A DNA stretch of 64,000 nucleotides. It comes from Octopus sinensis. Its lineage: Eukaryota. The stretch lies in contig NC_042997.1 in NCBI RefSeq assembly GCF_006345805.1, forward strand, positions 159,154,001 to 159,218,000. Direction: 5' to 3'. The translations under genes were made by a program, and so were the position numbers. How positions within the stretch are numbered: position 1 is the first letter of the stretch; each line of letters opens with the position of its first letter. This document shows, one piece after another, positions 24,801 to 37,819 of this stretch. The notes beneath the pieces were generated by a model. That model searched no databases and was not told the DNA's origin. It saw only the letters and a program-made list of their open reading frames with translations.

Positions 24801-27800
24801 CCATTCAGAGAGACAGGCAGGCCAAGATTACATATGACTGTTCTAGATCGTGATACATTTGGTTAAGGTCAAGTTAATAAACATCAAGTTGAAGATAAAG
24901 CTTTCCAATTCAGTGACTGACTTACAAGACATAACAACATATTTAACTTCACCAATGTTTGATATGTCTACATATATATATATATATATATATAACAGAA
25001 CAGAATATTTTATACTTCACTTCCAAGAAGTATTTGATGGTATACTCTCCAAACAGCTAAAAACATGGGAGGCTAAAACAGGTATTCTTTCATATTCTGG
25101 AAAGCATGTCTTTTCTATGGGGGCAAAAAAATAAAAAAATAAAAAAGGAAATCAAAAAACAAAAAACAATTGTATAAAGGAACAATTGAAAGACAAATTT
25201 GGTTGTATATTCTTTTTAGTGTTGTTAATTTTCAATCCTCACAAATCTGAATGGAAATGTTTTTAGTTTTCATTTTGTTTTGTTTTCTGTGAATGTGTGT
25301 GTTGTCAACATATTGTACATTCCAGTAAATATGTTAAATCAATGCTAGATGTGTGTACGTGTGTGTGTGAGTGTTTGTGTATATGTACATGAAAAAAAGA
25401 ATTATGAAATATGGATGAATAATTTCCAGTGTTATATATATTTCTTTGCTAAAAGATAAAAAGAAGTTTGTGAGAAGGAAAAGAAGAACCATTAAAATCC
25501 CCAACTAACTGCAATATTTCATTGCCAGGAATAATATTTTCATTTTCTCAAAGATCACTGATGATTTAAAAAAGAAAAAGAATTATGTAGAATTTCCATT
25601 TTGGTAAACAAACTTTTCAGAATAATTTATAGAAAAGAAGAAAAAATAGCCTAAGAAGTTGTCTGGGATAGTTAAAATGACTAAAATATATTGCTTTAAT
25701 CCCCATAATTATAAATATTAAGACAATTATTTTTAGAGTTTTTCTGTAATTTTGTCAGAAATATTTGAATCAAAATAAAAATAACTCTTATTAATTAATG
25801 TGTTTCTGCAGATAGCATGGACATTTATGTTTTAGAAATGAATAACTTTTGATAAGGCACAAGGCCAATATTTCTGTAGAGAAGCACTGTACAGTCAACT
25901 ATTTCACTCAGTCTATCAGAATGTATTTAGTTGACCTCACAGAAGTAGCTATCAAAAGTAAATTCAAAGTTGGCAGAATTTGAACCCAGAACTGAGAGTG
26001 ACAAATATTAAATTAAACCATTCACATTGATGTGAAACAATTTCCAAGAATTCCCTTCTTTATTTTTAACTGAAATTTACCAAATCAAAATTTGATATGT
26101 ATGTATGTATTATTTTTCTACTTTGTTATTATTATCATTATTATATTTTTATCTGTTGAAGGAAATATGAAGAAAGAACAAGATATAATTCAAAGTAATT
26201 ATGTAGTTAATAGCTAAATACTAAATTAATAGATAAATAGAAAGAAGTATAAAAATAAAATTTAGCTAAATATTACCAAGAAAACACTTTTACTCTAAAA
26301 ATTAATTCCATTTTTTTCTTCTTTTTTTTTTGGTTTTGTTATATATTTTTTTTCAAATTGGTGAAATGAAGTTGAAAGTTATTTTACAATTGTTTTACTT
26401 CAAGAAAAAGTACTTCAAGAGAAAAAAGAGAGAAAAAAAAAGAAAACAGAACAGTGTGCAGAGATATATGTTTTACTTTGAATAAAGAGGAGATAGAACA
26501 GCCTAACTCTTCAGTTGAAAATTTTCTGCCAAACTTTATTACTCAACTATTTTAAACGTGTTTCAAGAACAATAATGCAATATCAACACTTTTGGATACA
26601 AAATTTCTGGGTTTTTTTCAATAAATAATGATAAAATCAGAATAAATAAGACAAACAGATATGACAATATGTAGTTATAACAACACAGAAATATGATGTA
26701 ATTTCAATGATTAACATACAAGTGTGTAACAAATACTGATTTGAAGAAAATACTGTCACCTACAGAATATGGTTAATAATTAATTAAGAAATAATTAAGA
26801 AGACTAAAAACAGATTTTGATTATAAATATGTTTCCTAAACCCAAACAGTGTTTTTTATGGGTTGGAAATTATCTCTAGTTTTATAGCATAAATCAGATG
26901 ACACACAAATCAATGCCTGGTTAGGGCATTAGTCTATTGGAGGTCAAATTCTGGCCCATATTCCTAGTTGCTAGGAGAAATGGGGCATTATAAAGTAAGT
27001 GTTCTATCCAGAAACACAACATAATGCCTGCTGTGGATTTTCGAGGTCACAACCGCCTACAAACAAGCAGTTGCAAAACTTTATCCTTATCCAACATGTA
27101 GGATAAAGCTTGGAATCTGAATGATCTGGATCTGTGATGGCAACGATAAACCAAAAAAGAGAGTTCATTGAATTTTAATAAAATTCAGCTGCTGTTAGTA
27201 TTTTGTCAGATGTTTCAGACTCTTGCTCTTCAGGAAAGAGTAGTAGAAGACATGAAAGGATAGGAACCCAAATTGTTAGTCTTTCCAATCCTCACAGCAA
27301 ATGGATTTATCAGATATTCCACAAACTCTCCTATTCATAACAACATATAGACATTTTTATTCTATAAATAAACAATAGGGGTGAAAAATAAATATATAAA
27401 AAAATAAAAATCAATTTTCTTTCATGAATACTTAGTGCCATCAGACTGAAACAAACGCTAAACATGTCAAACATTTATGTGTTACCTATTTCACTCTACA
27501 CTAGGATGATACAGGTTTTAAAGTAAGGATCTTTAACACCTAACACCCACCAATATGTGAAGAAGAAACATATAAAATACAAATTTGTTTAATAAGTGGG
27601 CATGAGAAGTTGTATTTTGAAATGAGAACACTTAACCCAATGTTTCATGTTTGGGAAAAGTAACATATACGTACATACATATACATATATCCATACATAC
27701 AAATACATCTGTACATCTATACATACATACATTAAAACTGACTAGAATAAATATCATTTGTTGTCAATGGTGTTATTTCTTTGTTATTAATGTTTTCATT

Positions 27801-29403
27801 CTTTCTCTTTAATTTTTCCTTATTGTTTTTTTTTCTTTCCATATACATATACACTCATACACTTTCCATATACATACACATACACTCATACAATTACAAA
27901 TAGTGAAAGACAGTTGCTAACAAACATAAAAATTTTTAAATGTAATAACAGCATATATTGATGCGATGGCTACCCTTGTACATACATACATACACACACA
28001 CACATACACACACACACAGTGTGATGGAGAAAAACAAAGATTTGGGTTTGGTAAAATATGTACATTATAGCAATGCCTTTGTTTAAAGCTATATATAACT
28101 ATCAAAACAAAACTTAACTATCACCAATTATTATCAAACAAAAACTGAAATTATATACAAAAAACCCAAAAACACAATAAAAATTCTGAGAGATACTGAT
28201 GACATTTTTATTTTACTCCCTTTGGTTTTTTTTATTTTCATATAGCAAAGAAGGTTTTCTATGTAGTTTTCTTTCATTCTATTTAATATTCATGTTTTCC
28301 TTTAACCCTTCAAGGAGGCAATAAAATATAGTAACTAGGTCACTATAACTGATTAGTCTATTCCCCAAAATTTGAGACCAGGTGTCTGTAGCATTCTTAT
28401 TATTATTATTATCACTATTAGTATTATTGTTATGGCTGTGACCTGGCAGAATCATTCGCATGTCATACAAAATGCCTAGAGGTATGCCTAGTCATATTTC
28501 TTCTGACTTGTTATGTTCTGAGTTCAAATTCTGCCAAGGTCAACTGTGCCTTTCACCCTTTTGGGCTCTATAAAAATAGACACCAGTAAAGTACTAGGGC
28601 TGCTGCAATCGACTAACCCCCACCCATTAATAGTGCTGGCCATGGGCCAAAATTTGAAACCATTATTATTATTATCATTATTATTATTATCATTATTACT
28701 ACTACTACTTGGTTTTTGATGTTGTTTCTTTACTGCCCACAGGAAAGACATGTTTTATACCAATCTCTTTTGTACGTTTTATGTAGGTCCTCATGATCCA
28801 TAAAGAAACACTTACTTTCCTTTTTATTTTATTTTCATTTACCTTGTTAGTTTTCTATGCATTTGAAATGCAATTTTTTTATTAACCATATCAAGGAAAT
28901 CTTTAAAAATCAGTTTGACAATTCAGATGATATTTAGATGTGTGTATTACTGAAGAAGTTTGTTTTAAAATGTTAAAGAAATTGCATTTCATGAAAATGG
29001 AAAAAAAATAAGTTAACAGGGGAGATAACTTATCAAAAGAATTATCTCCCTGTAAAAGTCTTTTTAAGTAATGAAAATTGCTTTTCTCTGATAGAGAAAA
29101 TTTTTTAATTAATTTTACCAAACTATTACAACAATTTAAATCAATAATAGTAGAAAATAATAAAAAAAAAGAGGAGGCTTAAAAGAAAACAGCAGTAGAA
29201 CAGTAAATAAAAAAATAATAATAGGCCTGCATGTTATTGTAATGTTTGTGTTTTTGGTTTCATTATTAAATAACCTAATTCTTAGTGTGGTGATAATTTC
29301 TTTTAGCAATGATTCTGATAGTTACTCACAACTTTAAATAAAAAGACCTGTAAATTATACAAGACTTATTTTAACAAACCTCTCCATCACTCCCTTTCTT
29401 CTG

Positions 29404-29435
<32 letters not shown>

Positions 29436-29669
29436 AGCAGTTTGATTCAGTTCTGTGTAACACAGATTTTCGTAGGCTCCTCACAAGAACCTAGTCCATT
29501 GGTCACCTAAGCCCAATAAGCTATGTTCCAGTAAGAAACCTACATATCTTTCTGTTGCATGGGGTTGAATCGAACTGTTTTCAATAATAATAAATGTAAT
29601 TTTTACTAAATACGTTGAGTGCCTCTTTCTTACATTTGTCCATTCATATATATATATAGTTAATCCAAA

Positions 29670-29876
29670 CATGAAAACACAAAGAGAAAACACAACAACG
29701 CGAAGGATGTGGAACAAATATAGTATTATTGGACGCTCAGGAAGGAAGGGAAGAAGGAGGGTTTTATGTTTCGAGCGGAGCTCTTCGTCAGAAACATAGG
29801 AAAAGGAAAGATCCAAAGAAGGGAAGACGGAGGAAAAAATAATCGCCAACGGTACACACACGGTCACATTTTGAGA
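29670..29876 (-). mobile_element. Penelope-terminus-like repeat (family P2) carrying a hammerhead motif
   Basis: Homologous to 36140-36325; contains the reverse complement of CTGACGAAGAGCTCCGCTCGAAAC. Confidence 0.7.
29761..29795 (-). ncRNA. Minimal type I hammerhead ribozyme motif (one stem III mismatch)
   Basis: GUUU-CUGACGA-A-GAGC[UCC]GCUC-GAAA-CAUA/AAAC: intact core, 4-bp stem I, 4-bp stem II; stem III is ACAU rather than ACGU. Confidence 0.7.
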
Positions 29877-32800
29877 TATATATATATATATATATGTATG
29901 TATATGTGGGCTGCCAAAACATACACATCTATACAAGCTGTAAACGCTTTGTAAAATTTTCTTATGGCTAGTCATCTGCCGGCACTTTTTGTACTAATGA
30001 GTGTGTGCTTTCATGATGGACAAGAAACAAACAACTACAAGAAAAAAAAAGAAGAGAAAGAACGACAACAATAATAACAAAGAAACAACACCACTGAAAA
30101 ACAAACAGTAGTTATTCAAGTCAATTTGTATCATCAGGCTACAAATTGCAGCCATTAACACAACACAGTAATGTTGGCCTTCCTTTTTTTTTTCTTTTTC
30201 CTTTTTTTTTTATCATTTTGAGAAAGGAAGGCTCTCTGTACAATTTCTAGCATTTCTAACAACACATGGATGAGATCTATTTTATTCATTCATTCAAATG
30301 TTTTGTTCTTTGATTTTGTTGTTGTTGTTGCTGCTGATGTCAAGTTGGGTCGGGTTCTTTGCATTTTTTGTTTTATTTTAAACGTAAGTTTTCACACTGT
30401 GCATGCACATGTGTGTGTATTTGTGTGAGGTTTTATATATTTACTAATGAGTATGTCAAAAAAAAAAACAAAAAAACATTTTGGTAAGTCTCAAAAATCC
30501 TGGATCATATGTGAGAGAAGGAAAAGTAAGAATATAAATATTTGAAAGAAGTCAATAGATAAAGGTAGTTAAGTTAAGTTAATAAATTGATTAATTAATT
30601 ATCAAGGAGTTGGGGGAAGGGCTAACTGATTACATTAGGCAGATTACAGGGGACAACATTGAAGGAGTTTTTTAAGAGAATACAGTACAAGAAGGAAGAC
30701 ATGAACAATTGATGAAATTCATACAAACTTAACTGCAGTTTTTACATGAACATGAAACCCCCTGCAGAGAAATACAGGGAGAAGTACCAATTATGTTGTG
30801 ATAACGCTGTATGTTTTCTGCTGGTCATAACTGACTTTGTATTCCCTTCACTGACTCGTCACTAAAGAGAAGAAAGCTGTAAGTGAAAAGAAAGGAATGC
30901 AGCATTAATTAGTTGTTTTATTTTTTAATTTACAAAAATATAAATGACACAAAATTAAGTTTAAATATTTTAAGTTCTATCTTTTTTACTTATCTCACTT
31001 ATCGGTCAACTAAATAAGGACAAGACTCAGGACAAACAACAACTATATTGATTTCTTTTAACTAGGTAAGAAAGCCAGTTTGCGTAGATGTATATGCATC
31101 AAATCTCATATAATTTTGGTTCAATATTTTTTCAGCAAATACGGAAAGACTTCATTTTTATATCCAATAGATCAAAATAAAATATTATAATAAATACAAA
31201 ATATTGTAATATAAATACAGTGACGTCTATTTTGCAGAGGATGCCTAATAGGATTGAAGCATATTCACAGTTGCCTCCCTTACTTACCATGATATTTAAA
31301 ATATTAGTCATTGAATTAATGTTGACTTTTTCTCACAGTATAAATATTTTTAATGACACTGTCGATGACTACTTCTTTAAATACATTTACAATAACTTAA
31401 CCATTGCTTTTTTACATGGATGACATCTCTTATTTATTAAACTCAGTAATAGTTTTTCTTTAATTAAATGCTAATTTTAATCACAGTATATGTTCACACT
31501 AACCTTACAATAATATATTAGTTCAAAATTTATTATACTAGCACTCACCAGCTCTTACAATTATATATGAAAAAAAATCAATTGTAACATATTCACACAT
31601 TTAATGTATTTCTTTGTAACACAATACAAAAGCTGTTGTGAAAACACATCATCAAATAATTGAACTACATTATTCAGACATGTGAACCCAACAGCATATA
31701 TGTTTTCTGTACCAGTAAAGTGATAAACTTACCCCATCTAACAATATCATTTACATTTTGCAAACTTCCTTTTATCTTTATGCAACAACAGTATGAGAAA
31801 ATGAATAGCTTACAACTTGTGGGCTTAATTCAGTTTCCTTCAGTGTTACTTTTTCTTTATTTTTTTCTATGCTATTACATTTGTCTTTGTGTGAGTAACT
31901 TTGCTTTCCATTCTCACCAAGGAACAAATATAGTCGGGTTAACATTTTGGACTACTGATTACATGGTGTCGTGTATTCTTAGGATGTTAACTTCAGATGT
32001 TGGGCTGTACCTCTAAAGAAGGTAAATTTACACTAGGTGACTAACACAGGTATTTCTTTTTCTCACTGTTGTTGCTACCTTGAGGCCAACCACTGAATGA
32101 GCAAGATTTTTTTTTTTTTTTGAAACATTATTTCATAAGGCATGGTACTATTGCAAGCAATTTAACTATTCATAGGGCATTGGATACTATTGCAAGCAAT
32201 TTAACTGAAAATTTAGAGGCTTGCTATCTGAATGGTTAGATTAAAAAAAGCACAAGGGGGGGGGGGGGCAGCAGAGATGGGAAGTAGGTATTAATAGGGT
32301 GAGTACAGAACTGGGATGTTGATAAGACACACTGTAATACTGATAAGGGAGTGAAAAAATCAGGGTATTGAGAGAGCAAGAGTGAGTCAGTGGATATTGG
32401 TTGAAAACAAGAGATCATTTAGCAGCAGGGATAGGATTATTGATAGAATAATGTCTATGGCGATGTAGATGAGTCTCAAGTAATAGAAAAGGTTCCTGGT
32501 TCAGTAAAATTTGAGATCTTTCACCACAGATTCCTATGTATATTTGTTGCTTCTGTAAGACAACTTACATAGTAAACAAAGTGTCATGGTGTGTTGTGCA
32601 GAAATTTATCACTGCAGTTTCAAAAATGTTCACCAGTTAAGGGACATGTTCATCTGTTAGTGGATTTCACACAGAAAATCACTACTTTGACTAAACTATT
32701 ATAGCCCAGTCATAATCTAGTTGATATTTTTAAGATTGCTTTTAAAAATATTTTCAATTTTGGACAAGGTATTGTGTTTTCTTTTCCTTTTATGCAAGCT

Positions 32801-34448
32801 ATCAAATTGAGTCTAAATACACTGTATATGCAAATCTTGTATACAAATCTATATTTTTGATATATAGCCATCGTCATTATTATCATTTTACATCAACTTT
32901 CTATGCTGGCATGGGTTGGATGAGTTGACATGGTCTGACTCCATTCTTATTAACAGTTACTGCCCTTCTGGATGGGTCAGACGACTATGTTTTGCTCACA
33001 CATTCCATTTTTTGACATGATTTCACGTGTTGGACACCCTACCTAACTCTAACCACTTTCCAAAATTGTATAGGGTGCATTTTATTGTAGCATGAGCATT
33101 TGAGATGTTGCCATGTGTTAAAGAAAACTAAAGACTCTGTTCAACCCCTCTGTTGTCCCTTCTCATTTATCAACCACTTACTTTGTAAAGAGTACTCAGT
33201 GCATTTAACATGGCACCAGCATTAATGAGGTTAGCTTTGTACTTTACAAAATGAAACCATAGTCACTCTTTTACACTGTCTCCTTTCATTCAAGGCAATA
33301 TCTTTGACTTCAAATTTATAAATAAACTGCAGTTTTAGAAGCAAGGGAAAGGTACTGGGAATATGAAAAAGGTGGTGAGAACATTCTTTGATGCACACCT
33401 TCATGATCAACTGGGCCAGGATAACAGTACTAAATCTCTTTCATATCACAATATACTGCCTAAAAAAACAGGATTGATATATTGGATAATGTGGCTTTAG
33501 ATACTCTGAGAAAAAAAAGATAGGATGGCCAAAAATGGAACATCTTTGATCATAGTTCTGCTTGATAAGGGTTGACTTAAGCTAAGCAATAATAAGAACC
33601 ACAATTGGTTCAGTGCTTATTTCCTGTATCTAAGAATTGATAGGATAAATATTATTTGTGATAAGGATACCAGTTACAACTGGTGCCTTCCCCAGTTGAA
33701 TCACAAATCACCTCTGAAAGATATTAAATCATTACAGCAGTGAGTTGTTCCAACCTTGTAGTTACTACAGAGATCTAGTTGGATTAGTCTATTATATAGA
33801 GTTTAGTTTCTCAAACCCAGAGATAATTCACTGGTGTTGAAGAGGAACAGTGAATTGCTTAGTTGACTGTTTTGCATCCCATCAACTAACTCTTCAATTC
33901 TTTGTGTCACAAATATAATAAACATTCGTGACAATTTAGCAGAAGTGACCGATTCAGCATACAAATCCACATACGTCTAGACATAGGGGTATTGGACAGT
34001 TTGATATCTCAACCAAACAATACTGTGAGTAGAATACTCAACTTTTAAATTGATTGTTTTGCAGCTAGCTAACTGAGCTTTTAACTAAATAAATAAACTT
34101 TAAGTAAATAAATTTTGAAAGATTAAAAATGTTAAGAAATTCTTGTGTATTTAAAAATTCTGCTGTTTGTATGGTTTAGCTACCCTATCTTTCGAACCTA
34201 CATTTGATTAGCCCTCTCACACACACCTATGATTAATGGGGTTCCAGCTATAATTGTCTTATCCTTTATATTTTTAGCCATTGTGTATCCAGGACTGCAA
34301 TAGTCTATGTCCATTTTTTTAACCTGGTAGCGTGTAACTGGAAGAAGACTTTGTTACTATTTTTAGTATCTTGAGCAACCAGAGAACAGATGATTCATCA
34401 GTTCATGTTAAAAATGTTAACTGAAAAGGTAAAGGTTTTCTACTATAC

Positions 34449-34850
34449 TCTTTTACTTGTTTCAGTCATTTGACTGTGGCCATGCTGGAGCACCGCCTTT
34501 TTAGTTGAGCAAATCAACCCCAGGACTTATTCTTTGTAAGCCTAGTACTTACTGTATTTGTCTCTTTTGCCGAACCGCTAAGTTACGGGGAGGTAAACAC
34601 ACCAGCATCGGTTGTCAAGCGATGCTGGGTGGGAACAAACACTGACACAAAAACACACACACACACACACACATATACATATATACAACGGGCTTCTTTC
34701 AGTTTCTGTCTACCAAATCCACTCACAAGGCTTTGGTCGGCCCGAGGTTATAGTAGAAGATGCTTGCCCAAGGTGCCACACAATGGGACTGAACCCAGAA
34801 CCATGTGGTTCGTAAGCAAGCTACTTACCACAGAGCCACTCCTACGCCTA
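34449..34850 (-). mobile_element. Family A CORE-type SINE, well preserved
   Basis: Full head-to-tail match to the 151-524 and 40226-40648 copies, with an internal (CA)/(TA) tract. Confidence 0.9.
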
Positions 34851-34987
34851 TGTTAAAATATTTTCTGGCTCATATATCAAAATCATCTAACAATAAATAT
34901 TAATGAAAGATTTTCACCTTTCATTGTTTCAAAAAAACATTACCAAAAAATGGACAGAATAGAAACAGAATCAAACCTTGATAGTGG

Positions 34988-35254
34988 TCATGTGTTGGTC
35001 GTTTTGGTTTCCTGACTTGAACTGGAAGCAGCGTGTAATGAATCTGCCACTGTTGTGCTTTCTGTCACTGTGTTGCTACTGATAGTGGTAGGAGAAAATT
35101 CTCCTGCTGGCGTTTCTGGTGGAGCTGGTTCTGGAATCTCTGTTGGGCAATCTTTGATGTGTGACATTTCTGGTGAGTAAGGGGCCATATCAAAGCTTGC
35201 AGTGGACAGACGCTCACTCGGAGGAGACACAGTAAGCAGTTGGTCGTCACTGTT
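34988..35254 (-). CDS. Terminal coding exon of an unidentified gene (88 aa, Ser/Thr/Pro-rich, probably disordered C-terminus)
   Basis: Acceptor ...ATTTCTTTGCAATTGCAG|AAC in phase 0, open frame NSDDQLLTVSPPSERLSTASFD...QETKTTNT to TGA, a GC-rich island unrelated to any repeat here. No upstream exon was confidently found in the window. Confidence 0.7.
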   Translation of the reverse strand, partial: NSDDQLLTVSPPSERLSTASFDMAPYSPEMSHIKDCPTEIPEPAPPETPAGEFSPTTISSNTVTESTTVADSLHAASSSSQETKTTNT

Positions 35255-36139
35255 CTGCAATTGCAAAGAAATTATAGAATTACAAATGGAATATTAGAAT
35301 TTAATGAAGAATTTTTTACATAGGTTAAAGGCCTCAACTTTATAGGTATTTCACTGGACATAAACAACCCTCAACCTCTTTTATCCATATCCTTCAAACT
35401 CTCTTGCCAATCACTAGACATATGTAAAAAGGAGGATATCAGCTAGACATGTACTCCGAACAATCTAACATTACCCTTCCTATACTTCCATATATCACTC
35501 CTTCACTCCCATCACATTATTGATAACCATCATTCACTCACTCTCACTATTCCACTACCTCTATTTACTATTCATTAATATCTCTCATCTCAATCACTCT
35601 GATTCTAGCATCACACACATGTTCACTTCACCTACCCATCCTAGTTCTTCTGTGATTGCGCTCTTTCTCTCTCTCCCTCCCTTCCTCTCTCTCTCTCTCA
35701 CACACTCTTCTATTCACCTGCTCAGCCATGTAGACCTGACTGAACAAACATATTATAATGAGTTTTTAATTGTAGAGTCTACAGGGCAACTCAACTAGTG
35801 TTGGTGCCACTATAAAATTCAAGACACTCAGTATGGTAGTTGGTGAATGATCAAAAACATTGGGTTGCAAGGTGATGATGACCTCTCTAGTGTTGGTACC
35901 ATAAAACAGTGCATGCACCTAATACACTCAAGGAAGTAGTTGGTGAAAGGAAGGGAAACCAGCCATATAAACCATACCGAACCATACAATGAGTTATACA
36001 AGGTTCTCTGGCCCACCAAGGAAGACTATAACTGTACATGGTTACAGCCAGAGAGAGAGAGAGAGAGAAAATGAGGACAGAAACGGGTGTGCTGCTAAAA
36101 CAGAAAAAAGGTTTGCTTACCCATCCTGAGGGAAGAAAG

Positions 36140-36325
36140 AGAAACATGAACAAAGAGAAAACACAACAACGCAAGGACGTGGAACAAGTATAGTGTTATT
36201 GGATGCTCAGGAAAGGAAAGAAAGAAGGAGGATTTAATGTTTCAAGCAGAGCACTTCGTCAGAAACATAGGAAAAGGAAAGGTCCAAGGAAGGGAAGACG
36301 GAGAAAGAAAATCGCCAATGATAAA
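36140..36325 (-). mobile_element. Second family P2 copy with a decayed hammerhead (36231-36266)
   Basis: GUUU-CUGACGA-A-GUGC[UCU]GCUU-GAAA-CAUU/AAAU; stem II has one mismatch. Confidence 0.6.
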
Positions 36326-36342
36326 CATGCGGTTATATATTG

Positions 36343-36373
<31 letters not shown>

Positions 36374-36419
36374 TAGATATATATGGCTTCCATGCTGGTG
36401 GCACATAAAGAGCCACATT

Positions 36420-37160
36420 TGAGCATGGTCTATGCCAGTTCCACCTGACTAGACCCCATACCAGTGGCACGTAAAAAGCACCCACAACACTCTCAGAGTG
36501 GTTGGTGTTAGGAAGGGCATCCAGCTGTAGAAACCTTGCTAGATCAGACTGGAGCCTGGCACAGCCTCCTGGTTTGCCAGTCCTCAGTCAAACCCTCCAC
36601 CCCATCCCAGCATGGAAAGTACATGTTAAATGAAGATGAGAGATAGTAAGAGACAGAAATCATCATCATCATCATTTAACGTCTGCTTTCCATGCTGGCA
36701 TTAGTTGGATGATTTGACTGAGGACTGCCAAACCAGAAGGCTGTACCAGGCTCCAATCTGATCTGGCAAGGTTTCTACAGCTAGATGCCCTTCCTAACAT
36801 CAACCACTCTGAGAGTGAAGTGGGTGCTTTTTACGTGCCACTGGCATGAGGGCCAGTCAGGCAGTACTGGCATCAACCACACTCAAATGTTGCTTTTTAT
36901 GAGCCACTCACATGAGAGCCAGTCAGGCAGAACTGGAAATGACTACGCTCAAATGGTGCTTTTTACATGCCATTGGCACAGTAGCCAGTCTAGCGACAGT
37001 GGGAATGATCACGCCTGAATGATGCTTTTTACATGCCAGGACCAGTAAAGCAGCACTGGCATCGACCATACTCGAATGGTGCTTTTACATGCTACTAGCA
37101 TGGGTGCCAGTCAAGTATTGGGATTGGCTATGACTATGACTGCACTTGCCTCAACAGTTT
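36420..37160. mobile_element. Tail-to-tail pair of RTE-tailed SINEs (plus 36420-36640, minus 36660-37160)
   Basis: ...CATCCCAGCATGGAAAGTACATGTTAAATGA faces TCATCATTTAACGTCTGCTTTCCATGCTGGC... Confidence 0.75.
36825..37110. repeat. Internal tandem array, about 60-bp unit, 5 copies
   Basis: Recurrent GGTGCTTTTTAC(G/A)TGCC...CCAGTCAGGCAG...TGGCATC(A/G)ACCAC units. Confidence 0.75.
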
Positions 37161-37174
37161 ATTGCCCAGTGATT

Positions 37175-37800
37175 GAAGGGTACTTTTAAATGGGCCGGTT
37201 ATGCTGCACTGGCACAGTCCACGGTTACGGTCTCACTTGGCTTGCCAGGTCTTTTCCAGCGTAGCATATCTCCAAAGGTCACAGTCACTCATCGTTTCCG
37301 TGAGACCCAACATTTGGAGGTTGTGCCGCACCACCTCATCCCAGGTTTTCCTGGGTCTACCTCTTTCACAGGTTCTCTCTACTGCTGGGATGTGACACTT
37401 TTCCACACAGCTGTCCTCATCTATACACAACACATGACCATACCAGCACAGTCATCTCTCTTGTGCACCACATCAGATGCTTCTTACGTCCAACTTTTCT
37501 CTCAGGGCACTTACACTCTGTCATGTATGCACACTGTTATTACACAACCACAAAGTATACTGGCTTCATTTCTTGCAAGCTTACATATGTCTTCAGCAGT
37601 CACAACCCATGTTTCACTGCCGTGTAGCATGGCTGTTCGCACACATGCATCATACAGTCTACCTTTTACTCTGAGCAAGAGGCCCTTTGTCACCAGCAGA
37701 GCTAGGTGCTCTATGAACTTTGGCAAGACAATTTTTATTCTAGCAGTTACACTCTCAGAGCATCCACCCCAGCTACTAAACTTGGTTACCCAGGTAACAG
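37175..37800 (-). mobile_element. RTE-clade LINE 3' fragment (RT thumb/C-terminus), pseudogenised
   Basis: LLVTKGLLLRVKGRLYDACVRTAMLHGSETW and ERGRPRKTWDEVVRHNLQMLGLTE in shifted frames. Confidence 0.85.
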
Positions 37801-37819
37801 AAACTATCAAGAATATATA

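Larger units (their letters stand above)
21900..34987 (-). other. Putative very long 3' UTR of the minus-strand gene (distal end uncertain)
   Basis: Directly follows the stop codon at 34988. Visibly poorer in intact SINEs than the flanks. Has U-rich tracts, UGUA/Pumilio-like motifs and several AATAAA on the minus strand. Confidence 0.4.

Noticed and set aside
25853-25860. miR-124 8-mer site
   Set aside because: It is part of a recurring SINE tail motif (AGGCACAAGGCC), so it is uninformative.
36825-37110. Regularly spaced repeats superficially like a CRISPR array (also 46410-46620)
   Set aside because: The entire units are homologous with no unique spacers; eukaryotic SINE-internal tandem repeats.
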